NCBI GenBank assembly: GCA_965645245.1
Contig: OZ287080.1
Location: forward strand, 1,550,001-1,614,000
DNA length: 64,000 bases
Reading direction: 5' to 3'
DNA from: Massalongia carnosa
Lineage: Eukaryota
The notes under the pieces were generated by a model that had not been told where the DNA came from, did no database searches, and saw only the letters and a list, made by a program, of their open reading frames with translations. The position numbers were made by a program, and so were the translations under genes. Below are positions 1-11,939 of this stretch, piece after piece. The number at the start of each line of letters is the position of its first letter. The stretch's first letter is position 1.

Positions 1-344
1 AACATCAGTCATTAATCGTCAAACACCACACACAAGCCATGTAGGCCCCCCCTTACCTATCCTCAAACCCTCACCCCCAGGGGCGCGGTAGGTATACCTA
101 TCTTTAGGGATACCTGTTATGTCCGGCTAATTCGTTCGGTGCTTCGTCATCGCGGCGTTTTATCTTTGCTCGTCGGGCTGACCAGTTGGAGCAATTGACT
201 GATTGGGTGATTTTGTTCAACATTCAGCCAGGCTTGCTACTTCTACAGTTACATATCGGGCCCGTAGTTCCTCAACCCCCCCCCCCCCCCTTCGTCCTGG
301 AATACCTAACCCCGCCCTGATTCACCCATGCATTAGCCGATCCT

Positions 345-3026
345 CTAATCCTTGCATCCCACTCCCCTCCTTCGTGCTTCTCGCACCGCGATCAAACACC
401 TTCCCACAGCCTCCAAATCGCCCAAAAGCCCCACGTGCCCCCTTTCCGTTCTCACCCTCCCTCCCTTGGTGCACTCGTATCCAACGGGCAACATGGCTGC
501 TTTGGCTAAACACACCCCATCGCCGCTGCCAAAGGCCAGGTCGTCGTAGGCATCCGCCCGCCGGATGGCATCGCGTGACGAGACACGCGCGGCGAGCACG
601 GTGGGCACCGAGGTCGAGTAGAGGATGGAGAGCGGTGGGTACTTGTTCTGGGCGGAGAGGGATGGTTGAAAGGCAAGTTCTTGTTTGAAGGCCAGAGTGG
701 AGGCGAGGGTCCGGGTGAGGTAGGAGATAGCAGCAGGGAGTGGTATGGTGCAGTGGGTTGCAGCTGAGGCTGTGCGGGTGGAGGCGGTGATCTGGGGGTC
801 GAAAGCGCGTGAGACGGGGTGGGCGATATCATCGAGTTTGGCGGCTGCGTTAGAAGCTGCAGTCCCGGTTTGTTCGAGGAGTTCCTTATAGTGGTCTCTA
901 GATGAGTTGAATGGAAGAGAAACTCGCTTCATGGGCAACGGCAAGGAAGGTAAATTGTCCGAGACGGTTTCCAAAATGCCCTTCTTCTCAGGCTGATTGG
1001 CCGCGGCTAAAGTTGGTGCTATACACGGGGAGAAAGCATGTACTTTCCAGTCTTCCACGTTAAAAAAATCCACTGGATATTCGTCCTTGGTGTGTTTGTC
1101 GATGAAACATTTCCCGTCGTCCGGTAAGAGAAGAAAACTAGTGCGAAGTGTAAAGTTCACTTGCGGTGTGAGTACTCTCGAACTTAGAAGAACGTCGTCA
1201 CCTTTTCGTAGAGGACCGAGTATATTGATACAGTGTTGTGGTGTACCGGCGTACACGACGCTTGCAAAGAGCTCTGGCCTCTGGTTGACTGCATGCCTGG
1301 TTATTAATCCTCCCAGACTGTGCGCAATGACAGTGGCTCCTCTATCCTTCTTCGGCACACCTTGCGCATTTGATGGAAGCCTTTCCAGGAACGCAATGAG
1401 TTTCCGGCTTAAAAGATGAGGACTCAAGCGCCAGTCATATCCATAATCATGGACTCTCAGCTTCGCGCCTTGAACGTTTGGGCACCCGCGGAGGCGCTTG
1501 AGTAATCTCCTGCCCATATCTACAGGTCCGATGTGAGAAAGCATGCCAGAAGGTATGATGCTCTTTTCCATATTCTCTTCATCTTCCAGTGTCAAACCAA
1601 CCTCGAGGTTCACTTTACGGATGTTAAGGCCAACTTTGACAGGAACCCATAACTGACGATGTGGAGGCTTTGCAGATCGTAACACCGAGCCCCGATAACC
1701 GCCCATGATCACTATATCTCCAGTAAGCTGTTCTAGCGCTTGGTTAAGCTGAGAAATACTGGGTTTGGGGGATTTTTGGTTTGCAACGGAGCCATGGGAG
1801 CCAGATCCATTTGGTACACACGTCTGTGACCATCCTTCGCCACGGCCGCTATGTTTGGTGGCAACATTTAGGATCCCCTCTCCAACCGACGTCGGCTTTC
1901 TCAAGTCGCTCCAGGCTCGATTTCTCATGAAATCCGGACGAAGGCTGTTGAAGTTGATACTAGGCAGACTTGGTAAGCTAGGCAGCTTGATGGTAGAATC
2001 TTGAAGGCTATCCACAACTGCTTTGAATCGACTATTGACCTGATCCTGAACATGCTCCCACCGACTATCGTCACCCAGAGTCGAGCCCAGAGAAGTAGTA
2101 TGCCTCAGTATCAACGACTGGTCAGACTGCACTCGTCGGAGCGACGTCCCTCTTGACGGACTCTGTAAAACTAAGCCTCTACGCTCTATCGAGACCTTAC
2201 TTGAATCCTTCCCGTTAGATACTAGGGGTCTTCTCGCCGGCTCGTGCACAGTGCTACAACCAGGGACCTGACAAGCTATCGCTTCATCGTTCGTCTCGTG
2301 GGCCCACTTCCTTTCTTGAACCCCGCCAGTTACGCTTGGTGATAAAGAGAAAAGTGTGCTCGCTCTTTTTGGTCTGTTCTGCGCCCCCTGCGATTGCGAA
2401 CTGTCCTTGCTTCCGCTAAAGATAGACGAGACAGCCGGGACTGAGAAGTCTTTGAGACTCATACCCCTGGGCAACGATAATACATGAAGGCTAGGCAAGA
2501 AGCGTTTAAGGTTCAAATCGGCCAGCATACCAGTCGGTCCTGCAGACGCTCGAGCTCTGGGTACCACATTTTCTTGGCTTCCGGGGTTTGCCATCGAATA
2601 GCGCTTTGGGGAGGCAGTCCATGGAGAAGGCAGGCTTAAAACCGAAGTACCAGCGTGCCTTCTAACTGCTTCACTTTCTTCCGTAATGGCGGATGGCTCC
2701 GATAAAGCTCGACCCTCTTGCGGATCAAGGGCAGAACTTTCCGGGGGGCTTCCATCCTTGGGAGCGTCGAAAAAGCCATCAATTCCTCTGCTTTCGAGTG
2801 TGATCACATCCTCTGCTGTCTGTGTCCGTGGCGACATGAGTCGTGTCTGGGCGCGACTGATGCTGACACCGATCACCGAATGTACGTCTTCCTCGTTAAG
2901 GGTGGAGTCTCCTTGAAAGCTATCCTGATCAACTTCATCATTGAGCTGGTCCAACGGCTCGTAGGGCGAACCGAGAATATCGAGCCGTAGAGACTGAGCT
3001 GCAGAAGCGGGCTCCAAAAGACCCAT
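345..3026 (-). CDS. Alpha/beta-hydrolase fold protein (LCAT/lipase-like) with long disordered N-terminus
   Basis: 893-aa ORF; nucleophile elbow AHSLGG, GGYRGS, YGYDWR, GDGVCL and terminal HVGLL typical of the fungal YJR098C-like hydrolases. Confidence 0.8.
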   Translation of the reverse strand: MGLLEPASAAQSLRLDILGSPYEPLDQLNDEVDQDSFQGDSTLNEEDVHSVIGVSISRAQTRLMSPRTQTAEDVITLESRGIDGFFDAPKDGSPPESSALDPQEGRALSEPSAITEESEAVRRHAGTSVLSLPSPWTASPKRYSMANPGSQENVVPRARASAGPTGMLADLNLKRFLPSLHVLSLPRGMSLKDFSVPAVSSIFSGSKDSSQSQGAQNRPKRASTLFSLSPSVTGGVQERKWAHETNDEAIACQVPGCSTVHEPARRPLVSNGKDSSKVSIERRGLVLQSPSRGTSLRRVQSDQSLILRHTTSLGSTLGDDSRWEHVQDQVNSRFKAVVDSLQDSTIKLPSLPSLPSINFNSLRPDFMRNRAWSDLRKPTSVGEGILNVATKHSGRGEGWSQTCVPNGSGSHGSVANQKSPKPSISQLNQALEQLTGDIVIMGGYRGSVLRSAKPPHRQLWVPVKVGLNIRKVNLEVGLTLEDEENMEKSIIPSGMLSHIGPVDMGRRLLKRLRGCPNVQGAKLRVHDYGYDWRLSPHLLSRKLIAFLERLPSNAQGVPKKDRGATVIAHSLGGLITRHAVNQRPELFASVVYAGTPQHCINILGPLRKGDDVLLSSRVLTPQVNFTLRTSFLLLPDDGKCFIDKHTKDEYPVDFFNVEDWKVHAFSPCIAPTLAAANQPEKKGILETVSDNLPSLPLPMKRVSLPFNSSRDHYKELLEQTGTAASNAAAKLDDIAHPVSRAFDPQITASTRTASAATHCTIPLPAAISYLTRTLASTLAFKQELAFQPSLSAQNKYPPLSILYSTSVPTVLAARVSSRDAIRRADAYDDLAFGSGDGVCLAKAAMLPVGYECTKGGRVRTERGHVGLLGDLEAVGRCLIAVREARRRGVGCKD

Positions 3027-3838
3027 CCTAACAGACCAAACTCTCTTGCGCGGTATTGGCGGAAAAGTCGTCTAAAGACGAAGCCCGGCGATCTCAGGGT
3101 AACAAGGCCAAACGGCGCATTCTGTAGGATTTTCGGTCTCAAGATTATCTTCAAGAAGGCTGATGGAACCAACAACCAAGACAGATCAATACGGAGTAAT
3201 AAAGGCTACGATGGGACAACATGCGGTCAGCATGGTAAGACCTTCAGATAAACCGGTCCACAAGGAAGTTCCCAGTTCGTTCCTTCCTTCCGTGATCCTT
3301 CTCTTCCATCTCCGACACAGCCAAGCCCATCACCCGTAAGGCTAGCTCTAGAATCTGTCTAAGCCGTTATTCGTCAGGTAAGATGGTACTATGAAATTGA
3401 TCCTTCGACGGATGTTACGTAAATTTTTGCAGATGATGTCTATTTTTAGGTCCCTCAAAACATTCCTACGCAGCAGAGACCAAGGAGTAAGTGCTCTATA
3501 CAGCAAAATTGAAATGCTCTAGAAAACCCTGCAAAGGATGTTACAAAGGTGCAAGAGTTGTAGGTTGAATCGTGGTTTACTGCTTATGTATATTGCTACT
3601 GCCAGTTATGTGTTTCCCTCCCTTTGCGAGTGCTGGGTCCTCCTTAACGAATTTGTCATCACAACAGTACTTACACCACGTCAAAACAATACGAGCCAGA
3701 GTGAGGGTACGTAACGTCTCCAACTTCATTGAAAAGAACTCAAGACTGGACAGTTGAAGCGTCTGCTGCAGATTATATCATCGCCCGCATGAGAATGGTA
3801 ACTGACTCAACGGCAATGAAAAATCCGTTGATAAACAT

Positions 3839-6391
3839 CTACCGATACCGTTGCGACTTGTGGGCCAATGGCGACCCTGGCGCCGGGAAGGCTACTCTTG
3901 CAGGCTCACGTATGCGACCACCTCTCACGTTTGGCGTCTCGCCGGTGCAAAACACACATAGATAAATCTTGGGAAGCCTGTGGGGCTTGAGACCCACGCA
4001 CCCTACGTGAAGCCATTTTTGGCAGGAATCACTACTTGCGCTCAGCATGATTCAAACGGAAACTCGATGGTGTGCTTACCACAGTATCATAAGCTCATCG
4101 TCAGGCTCCGAGCGGTGACATACACAACGGGTAGACTCGCCAACAATGCTCCCACCCCCAGTGCTTGGAGTGGCTAGATCTGGATCCGTAATCGTGGTTG
4201 GCGAGATGCTGTCATAAACATGCCGTGCTCGTCCATGATCACCAGGGAAAGAGTCGCAGTGGCCATGGGTCATTTGCTGTCCACGCACCACATTTAGTCT
4301 TCCTTCCCCTCCTTGTCGCTTTTTCTGTCCTGAACGTAAAGCTGGTCCAGCCTGCCCTCTGCTTCTCACAATTTTTTTCAACTCAAACTGAGCGTCGCCC
4401 TTGTCCTCATCCGAACTTATCGCTGTCTCGGTTTCGCTTCCGGGTCCAAACCCTATCATTTGACCTCTCCTATGATCCACGTCTTCTGGTGTTTGAAGGG
4501 TCGAAGGCATTTGGTTAAGGACATTTTGAGAATGTGTTCGTTCAAGGAGACCGATCCCAGAGGCTAAACTTGGGATCCTTGGGCGATGCTGTGTTCCCCC
4601 GCCTGACAAGCTGATCGCGGAGTTACTTGATGCCATCGTAGACGCATAGGATGATCGCTGAGAATGTGTCCGAGAATTAGTGGCAAACCGCGCTAATTTC
4701 GGGTTCCGATGCTTGTTTTGTGGCAATGTAAAGGATTGAGGCTGACTGAGGATCATCACCGTGCTGCCAGAAGAAGATGTCGTCTCGCTATCTTCTGATG
4801 GGCTATCCAATTCCATCCTTGCGTGAGAGAATGACTCGTCATCGTCACAGACACTTTTCGTTTCTGTCTTGGCTCTCCCATCTGCATCAATGGTTAAAGT
4901 CACAACAGGTCGCTTCTTTGCCTTCCTGACTGTTTTACGAGGATGGACGCTATTCTTTATCTGTCGACCCCTAAATGATTGTTTGGATGCATCCGACGCT
5001 TGAAACAAGACATGGCTGGCTCCTGCATGACGTAATAAGGCGGCAGCGCGATCTGTAGCTGTTTCGTTGTCATCGGACTGTAGATCCTTCTCATCACGTA
5101 AAGTTTGCAGAGCTGCCTTGACCGCCGGAGAGTCTGTTGCCGGTTTTCGCCTCTTCTTTGCTCGTCGATCCAAGGCTAGCTCGTTCTCTATTTGAGCTTC
5201 TCGAATCTGATGCGCATATGGTTGAAGCGTATCGTTGTGGTGAGCTTGTGTAGATGGGAGCTGGGTTGGTTGCCGACCTGGAGAGCTAAATAGCAGACTA
5301 GGATTCACCCCTTTTCCCGGGAGTTTCGTCGAAGTGCTGCCCTGAATCATCAACCCACATGCTGGGAGGAAATCTGTTTGGCTGGTAGGGTCAAGATCTC
5401 CATTGAGCACCGCGTCCGTCATACTGCCAACCCTGTTATTAAAGTCGTTGAACGACGAAGATGGTGGCAATTGAGACGCCGAGGGTTGCTCAGCAGTAGA
5501 TACAAACGTGTCCAGCTCCTTCTGGCTACCAAGGCTAAAGGTGAATGGATCATCGGTTGGGAAATCGATGCTCATCCCATCTGTACTTTGTTCAGGATCC
5601 CAGAAGAGTTTGTGTTGAGGATATACTGGAGCAGTCGACGGGCCGGATAACGGAAAACCAAAGGCATCTGGGGAAAATTGGAGGTCACCTAGCTGGAGGG
5701 GAGACTCCTCAATCTGCGATATCAATGCGTCTGTATTTTTCTTCCTTGGAACCGTTGGTGTGGACATTCGCCTTGTACCCACAGATGATTGATGGGCAAA
5801 TTTAGCTGCTTGAGCTTGTTGGGTCTTCCTTCTAGAAGCAGAGGTACTCGTTGGGGGCGGAGTCTGCATCGAACCAGCTGAACGCATACTAGTTTCAAGC
5901 TCCTCGTCCACGCTCAGCTTCAATGGCGTCGATGCGGGTTTTGAAGCGCGCTGACCACTACGTTTGGTCGAGGACGACGACAAAGAGGGATTCGGAGATG
6001 ATGAGAGTTGGCGTGATGGTTCTACTGGGGGCAGAGTAAGGGTGGGATTGGGCGACAAATGGTGGACATGAGAAGCTATCTCGTCCTCGATATTGTGCCC
6101 TGACCAACGTCTCTTGCGGCTGAATCCTGCCCCCAAAGGGCTTCCCTTGGGGGTTGCAAAGGTCAGATATTTTGGAGTCTTGAGGAAATCTGGGCTTGCG
6201 GCACATGGATTCGCAGTATCCCAAGTTACCCGGGGATCATAGAAGCTAGATTCTTGCTTTGGAGTTTCGAAGGAAGCTTGTAGAAAATTTGCAGATGTTG
6301 GTGTCTTGGTCGGTGTTGGAGGTTCCCCGCCTCGTTCGCTGAAGCTTAAGTGATGGAGCATGTTAGCATGAAGCCAACGAGACTCCTCCAC
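3839..6391 (-). CDS. PHD-finger protein; 5' end uncertain
   Basis: 771-aa ORF ending RCVC...ELMIL(C), GTAAGC intron, then last exon DSCQKWLHVGCVGL...YLCVFC completing a C4HC3 PHD. A branch/acceptor (GCTAAC...CAG) near 6340 suggests further upstream exon(s), perhaps 6640-6822. Confidence 0.75.
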
Positions 6392-8336
6392 ATCATGTAG
6401 GTGTTCATGTTAAGCAGGGGGTTGAGGAAAGATTATAGGGAGTGTGTGCTGGGGCGGGTTGAGTGCCCATTAACTCAGAGATTGTTCATACCTGTAGACT
6501 GGTTGATCCCAATTCATAGCAGGTTATCCAAGCGTATAGCAAGATGGATGCCCCAAACACCTGGTGGAAGAGTAGCCCTGTCAATTAAAGAAGATGTTGA
6601 TTGGGCCTTTTTCCCGACGCCCTTAGAGTTGGTTGCTTCTTACTTGAACTCTTCCTGAGTGGCACCGTTGGGCTCGTCTGTGATCAGGCACAAGCGTAGA
6701 TTTCTCGAAGCAGCTTTCAACGTAGCGAAATATGGATGTACAACTGAGTTTGTTGAAGAAGGGGGGATGGCGGAAATACAACCAGAGCACAGTCTCGGAA
6801 CGGCTAAATCCACAGTCTGCATGGAAGAGCTACTAAGGATTGAGAAGCTGGCTTCGAGCCTGAATTGTTGACAGCTTTGCCTACTCCGAGGTATTTCAGC
6901 ATTCAGCTATCAGCATTCCAAGAACGAGCAACGTTTGAGATGGATCAATCATGAACAGGAGAACATGCGTAGCTGGTATAAGATGAAGCCCAGTTCAGCC
7001 GAGAAAAAGCATACAAGGAGCTACGGTGGGGTTCGGAAACATCCTAGTGGTCCGCTACATTTTTTTCGGGTGGCATTCCAAGTATATAGTACAAGGTAGG
7101 GAGTGCTAAAATCTAGAGTTTTAAAATGTGTTTGGTTCAGTGGGAAACGAGCGGCATGTACAATACTGAGTACGGAATACGAGTACGATTGTGTACGGAG
7201 TACTCTGTATTCTGTACTGGCCCCTTCTGGACGAAAAGTGGCTAGTGAAGTATGAGTGGCACGCTTGATTCGACTATCAGTACTCTGTAAAACTAGTCTC
7301 CAATCTCCAGTCTCCAATAGCGATCCCAATCCCATCCCATCATAGGTTCATGCCCTATTTGACACCCATCTTCAATTCAATACAAAGATCCAAGGAAGCA
7401 ACTGTGAGAGTCCCACGAGGTTGCCATCAAGTGCCGACACATGGCTATGCTACTTCAGTCACTTCATCACCTACTAAACGCTTGATACTCGGTACATGCC
7501 ATTGCTATCATTAGCCTTGAGGATTCTCGCTACTCTACTCCCGAGAGACCTTCCCCTGAGGCTAACATCTGCAGGCACACATCAAAAGGTAATGTATCAA
7601 CAGCATGCCTTGGAAGTGACAAATCACGGACCGATTCGGCTAGAGATGGAAGTCATTCCATCATCAATAAACGGGTCGTGTTGTATATAGCGTGGGTGCG
7701 GGTACGGAGTACAGGAGTGCTCTATACCTTACCAGGTACAGAGCAGTTGCCCCTCGTTCCTATCCATCGACGGCACGACTTCAAGGTTTCAGCTCGGAGT
7801 CATACCTACTTCATAGCCGCTTACTGGTGGAGATAAAGCCAATCAGCGATCGGATCAAATGTTCTCGCTTAGGCGCCAATTTGACCCCTAACGCATTGAT
7901 TGCCGCCGGGGAGGGGATGGAGTCTAACGTGGGATTTTGTCACGTCATTACTCTAAAGAGTACCGGTCGAGATGGCCATAGGCTATCAACCTATGCCATC
8001 CAGTAAGCTTAGACTCGTTGGCAAGTAGCTGATAACTAGATACCTTCTCCAGTGATACAGAGTAAGTTACTCGGTACAGAAAACGATACGCACATCTTGA
8101 GACTTTTTCAGGAGAATACATACCTACAGAGTACTTGGTTGCCATTGGTAAAAAGAAAAACATGTGCTCGGTACGGAGTACTCCGTACTCCGTACTCCGT
8201 AACTAGGTATTTCCGTTTGCCGATAATCGCCCTGTAAGGCGGGTGGGTGGCCATAATTAGGGCTATGGAATATAAACTTCATCGAGGCCTCCGCCAACGA
8301 TTTCTAAGCATCTTAGACATCACCCATCCTCGTATA

Positions 8337-9774
8337 ACGTAATTCACCGCTATTCGGAACACCCGCTTATTCGGAACTAACAAATTTGATACCAACCTTC
8401 GTAATTTTTTATCACCGCCGCATCCGCAAAATTTCTAGCACATGTACTCGGGAATTGATCAGCAGGTTCTAGTGAATATATATAGCTAGGCATAAGCTTG
8501 TAGAGCTACATTTTACGAGTGTTACAGATGACACGACCGCGCGAGCTAACCCGAACCTCTAAAACTTCCTACTTCTACCCCTTTCCTACCATTTCCACAT
8601 CACCTTGTACCAACCTAGTGATATTTTTCTTTCTTGGTATACCTTTTCCTTTATTTTGAGCAGTTTTTTTAAACCCTATGTCACCCTCAACTGTCTCCTT
8701 AAAAATATAAGGTGTAATCTGAATAAGATCGTGAAAAGCGTTTTGAAAGATAGAATCGTCTCGTTTCTTATTTTTAAGTAAAGATCAAGATGTTACAAGA
8801 TCAGGCACGTATATTAGGTCGGGTTCAGGTTCAAATCGCATTAGGTCTTTAGATACCTGAAAAAATAGTCGATCGTTCTGTTTTTCTTTCCTTACCTGTG
8901 ATCTAGCCTCTTTCTCCTTTTTCTTATTTTCAGCTGGTTGTCTTCTTTTCTCCACATCTTCTAAACTCAATACGCGATCCCCTTGAACATCATATTGAGT
9001 GCCCGTACGTTGAGCTCGTTGTTTTTTTTTGTGTATTGGCTGCTAAAAGCTCCGTATTAGTACGATCCAAGACAATACGATCAGTCATAGCAAGCCCAGC
9101 TGCTTTAAGGGTTTTTTGTAGAAGAGTAAGCTTAGAGGAATCAAGAGTCTGATGGCGAAATAGTATATAAACTCCTCAACCTTTGAGACTTGTTCTATGT
9201 TTCCTGATATTGGTGATATTTGGCCTGAAAGATAACGCGTTTGAATAAGAGTACTAGCGCTAGGTAGAGTGTCATCGTCCGTTTAAGGCTTGCTGATATT
9301 TTGTCAAATGGCGGAGTATAGTAGCTCTAGTTAACCTAGCTCTGAAGAGATCCCTCCTCCTCGGGCGTTAACCTCTGCTTTGAAGTAACGTACGATACCT
9401 GGTCCTGGCGACCGTTTATTCTGTGATACAATGTTGTTTTCGGTACCGCATGAAGTCAAGCAGCTTGCGTAATAGACAACGACCCTTCTGCCTTCTCATA
9501 GACCTTAACTGCCTATTTTAAACGTTCTCTAACCTCGTCTTTCAAGGTAGTACGCAATCCCGATTTTGTAACTCGAAACTGCCGGGAAGAAGCCATTTCA
9601 GCGGTGTAATTTATCGATAATCAGCTATTATGATAATTATAATACCCTTTACCTTATTAAATCAGTTTTAGGGTTTTTCTTCAATAAGTTGTAGAAGAGA
9701 TAATGGTTGAAAGTAAGTTTCGTGGTTTTGTTAGTTCCGAATAAGCGGGTGTTCCGAATACAGGTGAATTACGT
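8337..9774 (-). mobile_element. Non-autonomous, internally deleted Fot1/pogo (Tc1/mariner superfamily) DNA transposon
   Basis: ~48-bp TIRs starting ACGTAATTCACC with 2 mismatches; TA on both sides (8335-8336, 9775-9776). Minus-strand transposase remnant has an HTH (SITQAA*LHAVPKTTLYHRINGR, QRLTPEEE) joined directly to the C-terminal coiled coil; no DDE domain seen; in-frame stops. Confidence 0.9.
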
Positions 9775-10143
9775 TAGCTAAATACCAGAGGCAGAGACTC
9801 CGTGGTGTTTGATCAACGACGACCTTTCCTTTCCCTATACACTCATGATACTCTTATCATAGTACTCGACGAAGCTTCTCGCGGATTCTTGGGAGGTGAC
9901 GCGACGTAGCAGATACTTTGTAACTCGGCTTAGCGCTTAATCTCCACAGAGGTACGTATGATGCACTCCATTTTAGCGATTGCTGCCAAGGCATTATTCG
10001 TGGTCTTCCGAGTTCGAATGACTTATCTAACGTTCGCAACAGGCCCGAATGTTAGGCAGCTTGATGACAAACTTCAAGTCCACCGTCCACGAAATCGAAC
10101 TCTGTGCCTCTTACACATCGCTGGTAGGAAATCTGTATTCAAG

Positions 10144-11179
10144 ATGAACGGGGTTCGAACAAGGAAGCAGATCCCAAAAACGGCCAAAGCCACAGAATCG
10201 AAGCCTGCGCTCAATGGCGACGCAAATACCACAGCAAACGGCTATATAAGAACGGGTGGACTGGCTACAAAAAGAACAGAACCATCGGAGAATATCTTTC
10301 TTTTCTACCCAAATATCATCGGTATTTAGATCTCGAGAGTCGTCCCATTCCGCCGTGCTGCGTGCTGACCAGATTAGGTTACTCCCGTATCGTTCTTGCC
10401 ATTGCCTCGCTGTACTATATGCCCCTTCACCCAAGAACATGTTCACTCCTCTACAGCATTTCATGCCTGCTCGATGCACTTGACGGGGTAGCTGCCCGGT
10501 ACTTTCACCAATCTACTCACTTCGGTGCTGTATTGGACATGGTTACGGACCGGTGCACAACCGCCTGTTTGTTGGTGTTCTTGAGCTCCGCCTGGCCTCG
10601 ATGGGCGCTTTTGTTCCAGGGCCTGATTAGCTTAGACTTGGCAAGCCATTACATGCATATGTATGCAACGTTGACCATGGCGGGATCGGGGCAGAGTCAT
10701 AAAAAGGTGGATCAGAGCAGGAGCCGGATCTTGCACCTTTATTACAACAACAAGGTAATCTATCCAAGATCTATCCTTGGAGCTGGCTCTGACCACTTCC
10801 CGAGAACGTCTTGTTCGTATTCTGCGCTTTTAACGAGCTCTTCTTCATCGCCCTTTACCTCCTCTCCTTTTCCTCCCCAATCCTATCACCGTCGCTGCTT
10901 CCGGTAGACAACACCCCGGGATCATCTGCGCAGCCAGGTAGTCCCTCGCTCCCGTCGTCTACCTTCTTCGCGGCTCCCGGAAGTGCATGGGCCATGGAGC
11001 TAGCCCGGGCGAACAAGATGGACAGTTTCTGGCCTTGGGTCATCGCCGGTGTCTCGTTCCCTGTCATGGCTGGCAAGCAGTTTCTGAATGTGGTGCAATT
11101 AGTCAAGGCTAGCAAGTGGCTAGCAGAAGGTGACCTCGAAATGAGACGCGCTCAATGCCTCCCGAAGAAGAAGAGCTGA
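10144..11179 (+). CDS. PIS1: CDP-diacylglycerol-inositol 3-phosphatidyltransferase (phosphatidylinositol synthase), 3 exons
   Basis: ENIFLFYPNIIG|YSRIVLA; CDP-alcohol phosphotransferase motif DALDGVAARYFHQSTHFGAVLDMVTD; introns about 10322-10377 and 10755-10805. Confidence 0.93.
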
Positions 11180-11939
11180 TGGGATCGGGCGGATGTGTGC
11201 TAGGTGTGTGTTGCGTGAACGCCGGTTGGCCATCTACCTTTCCCTTCGGCGCCTTTAATATAGTCTAGTTTTTCCTAGTATTTTGCGAAGCGCGGTGTTG
11301 ATGAATTACCCAGTCATTGACTTGGAACGTGTAATAGGTAGGTATTTGGATCGCTTGGGGGGTGGGGGGTGTTCTACGTTCATATAGGTATCTGGGCAGC
11401 GTCGTCAGCACGGCCGGGGGGGGTTTTGCATAACGTTACATACCTTCGTTTTCTGTGCTTTCATATCTCCTCCCAAGGAATCGAGGGGGGATTTTTTTTA
11501 AGGTATTCTTTTTCTTCATGTTATTATCTAAAGTTCTGGAAACGATCAGCTTGCCACCTTCTCCACTCTTATGATACAATGGAAAAGCTTGATAGTAAAC
11601 GATCTTGCACTCGAGAGCAATGCAGTTAAATATCATTTCCTAAACAGTGCTCCTGATATTCTGAGCTCTTTTCACCGCTGAATATCAGAACTCGATACAG
11701 ATAAGACTCGAGACGGACGAGCCTACACCATCGGTCCTCCTCCTTCTACACCATCGGTCCTCACCACGGAGACGCCAAAGGCCTCACCGTGGGGCGACCG
11801 TCAAACATAGATTTGCTCCTATCTCTTCGCATCAAAACAATGCTAATTTAACGCGTTCACACGCGTCGCAGACGTACGTACGGAAGAGGATACGAAGGCC
11901 AACCGCCGGGGGGTAGAATGCGCGCGTCCCTGCACCATG

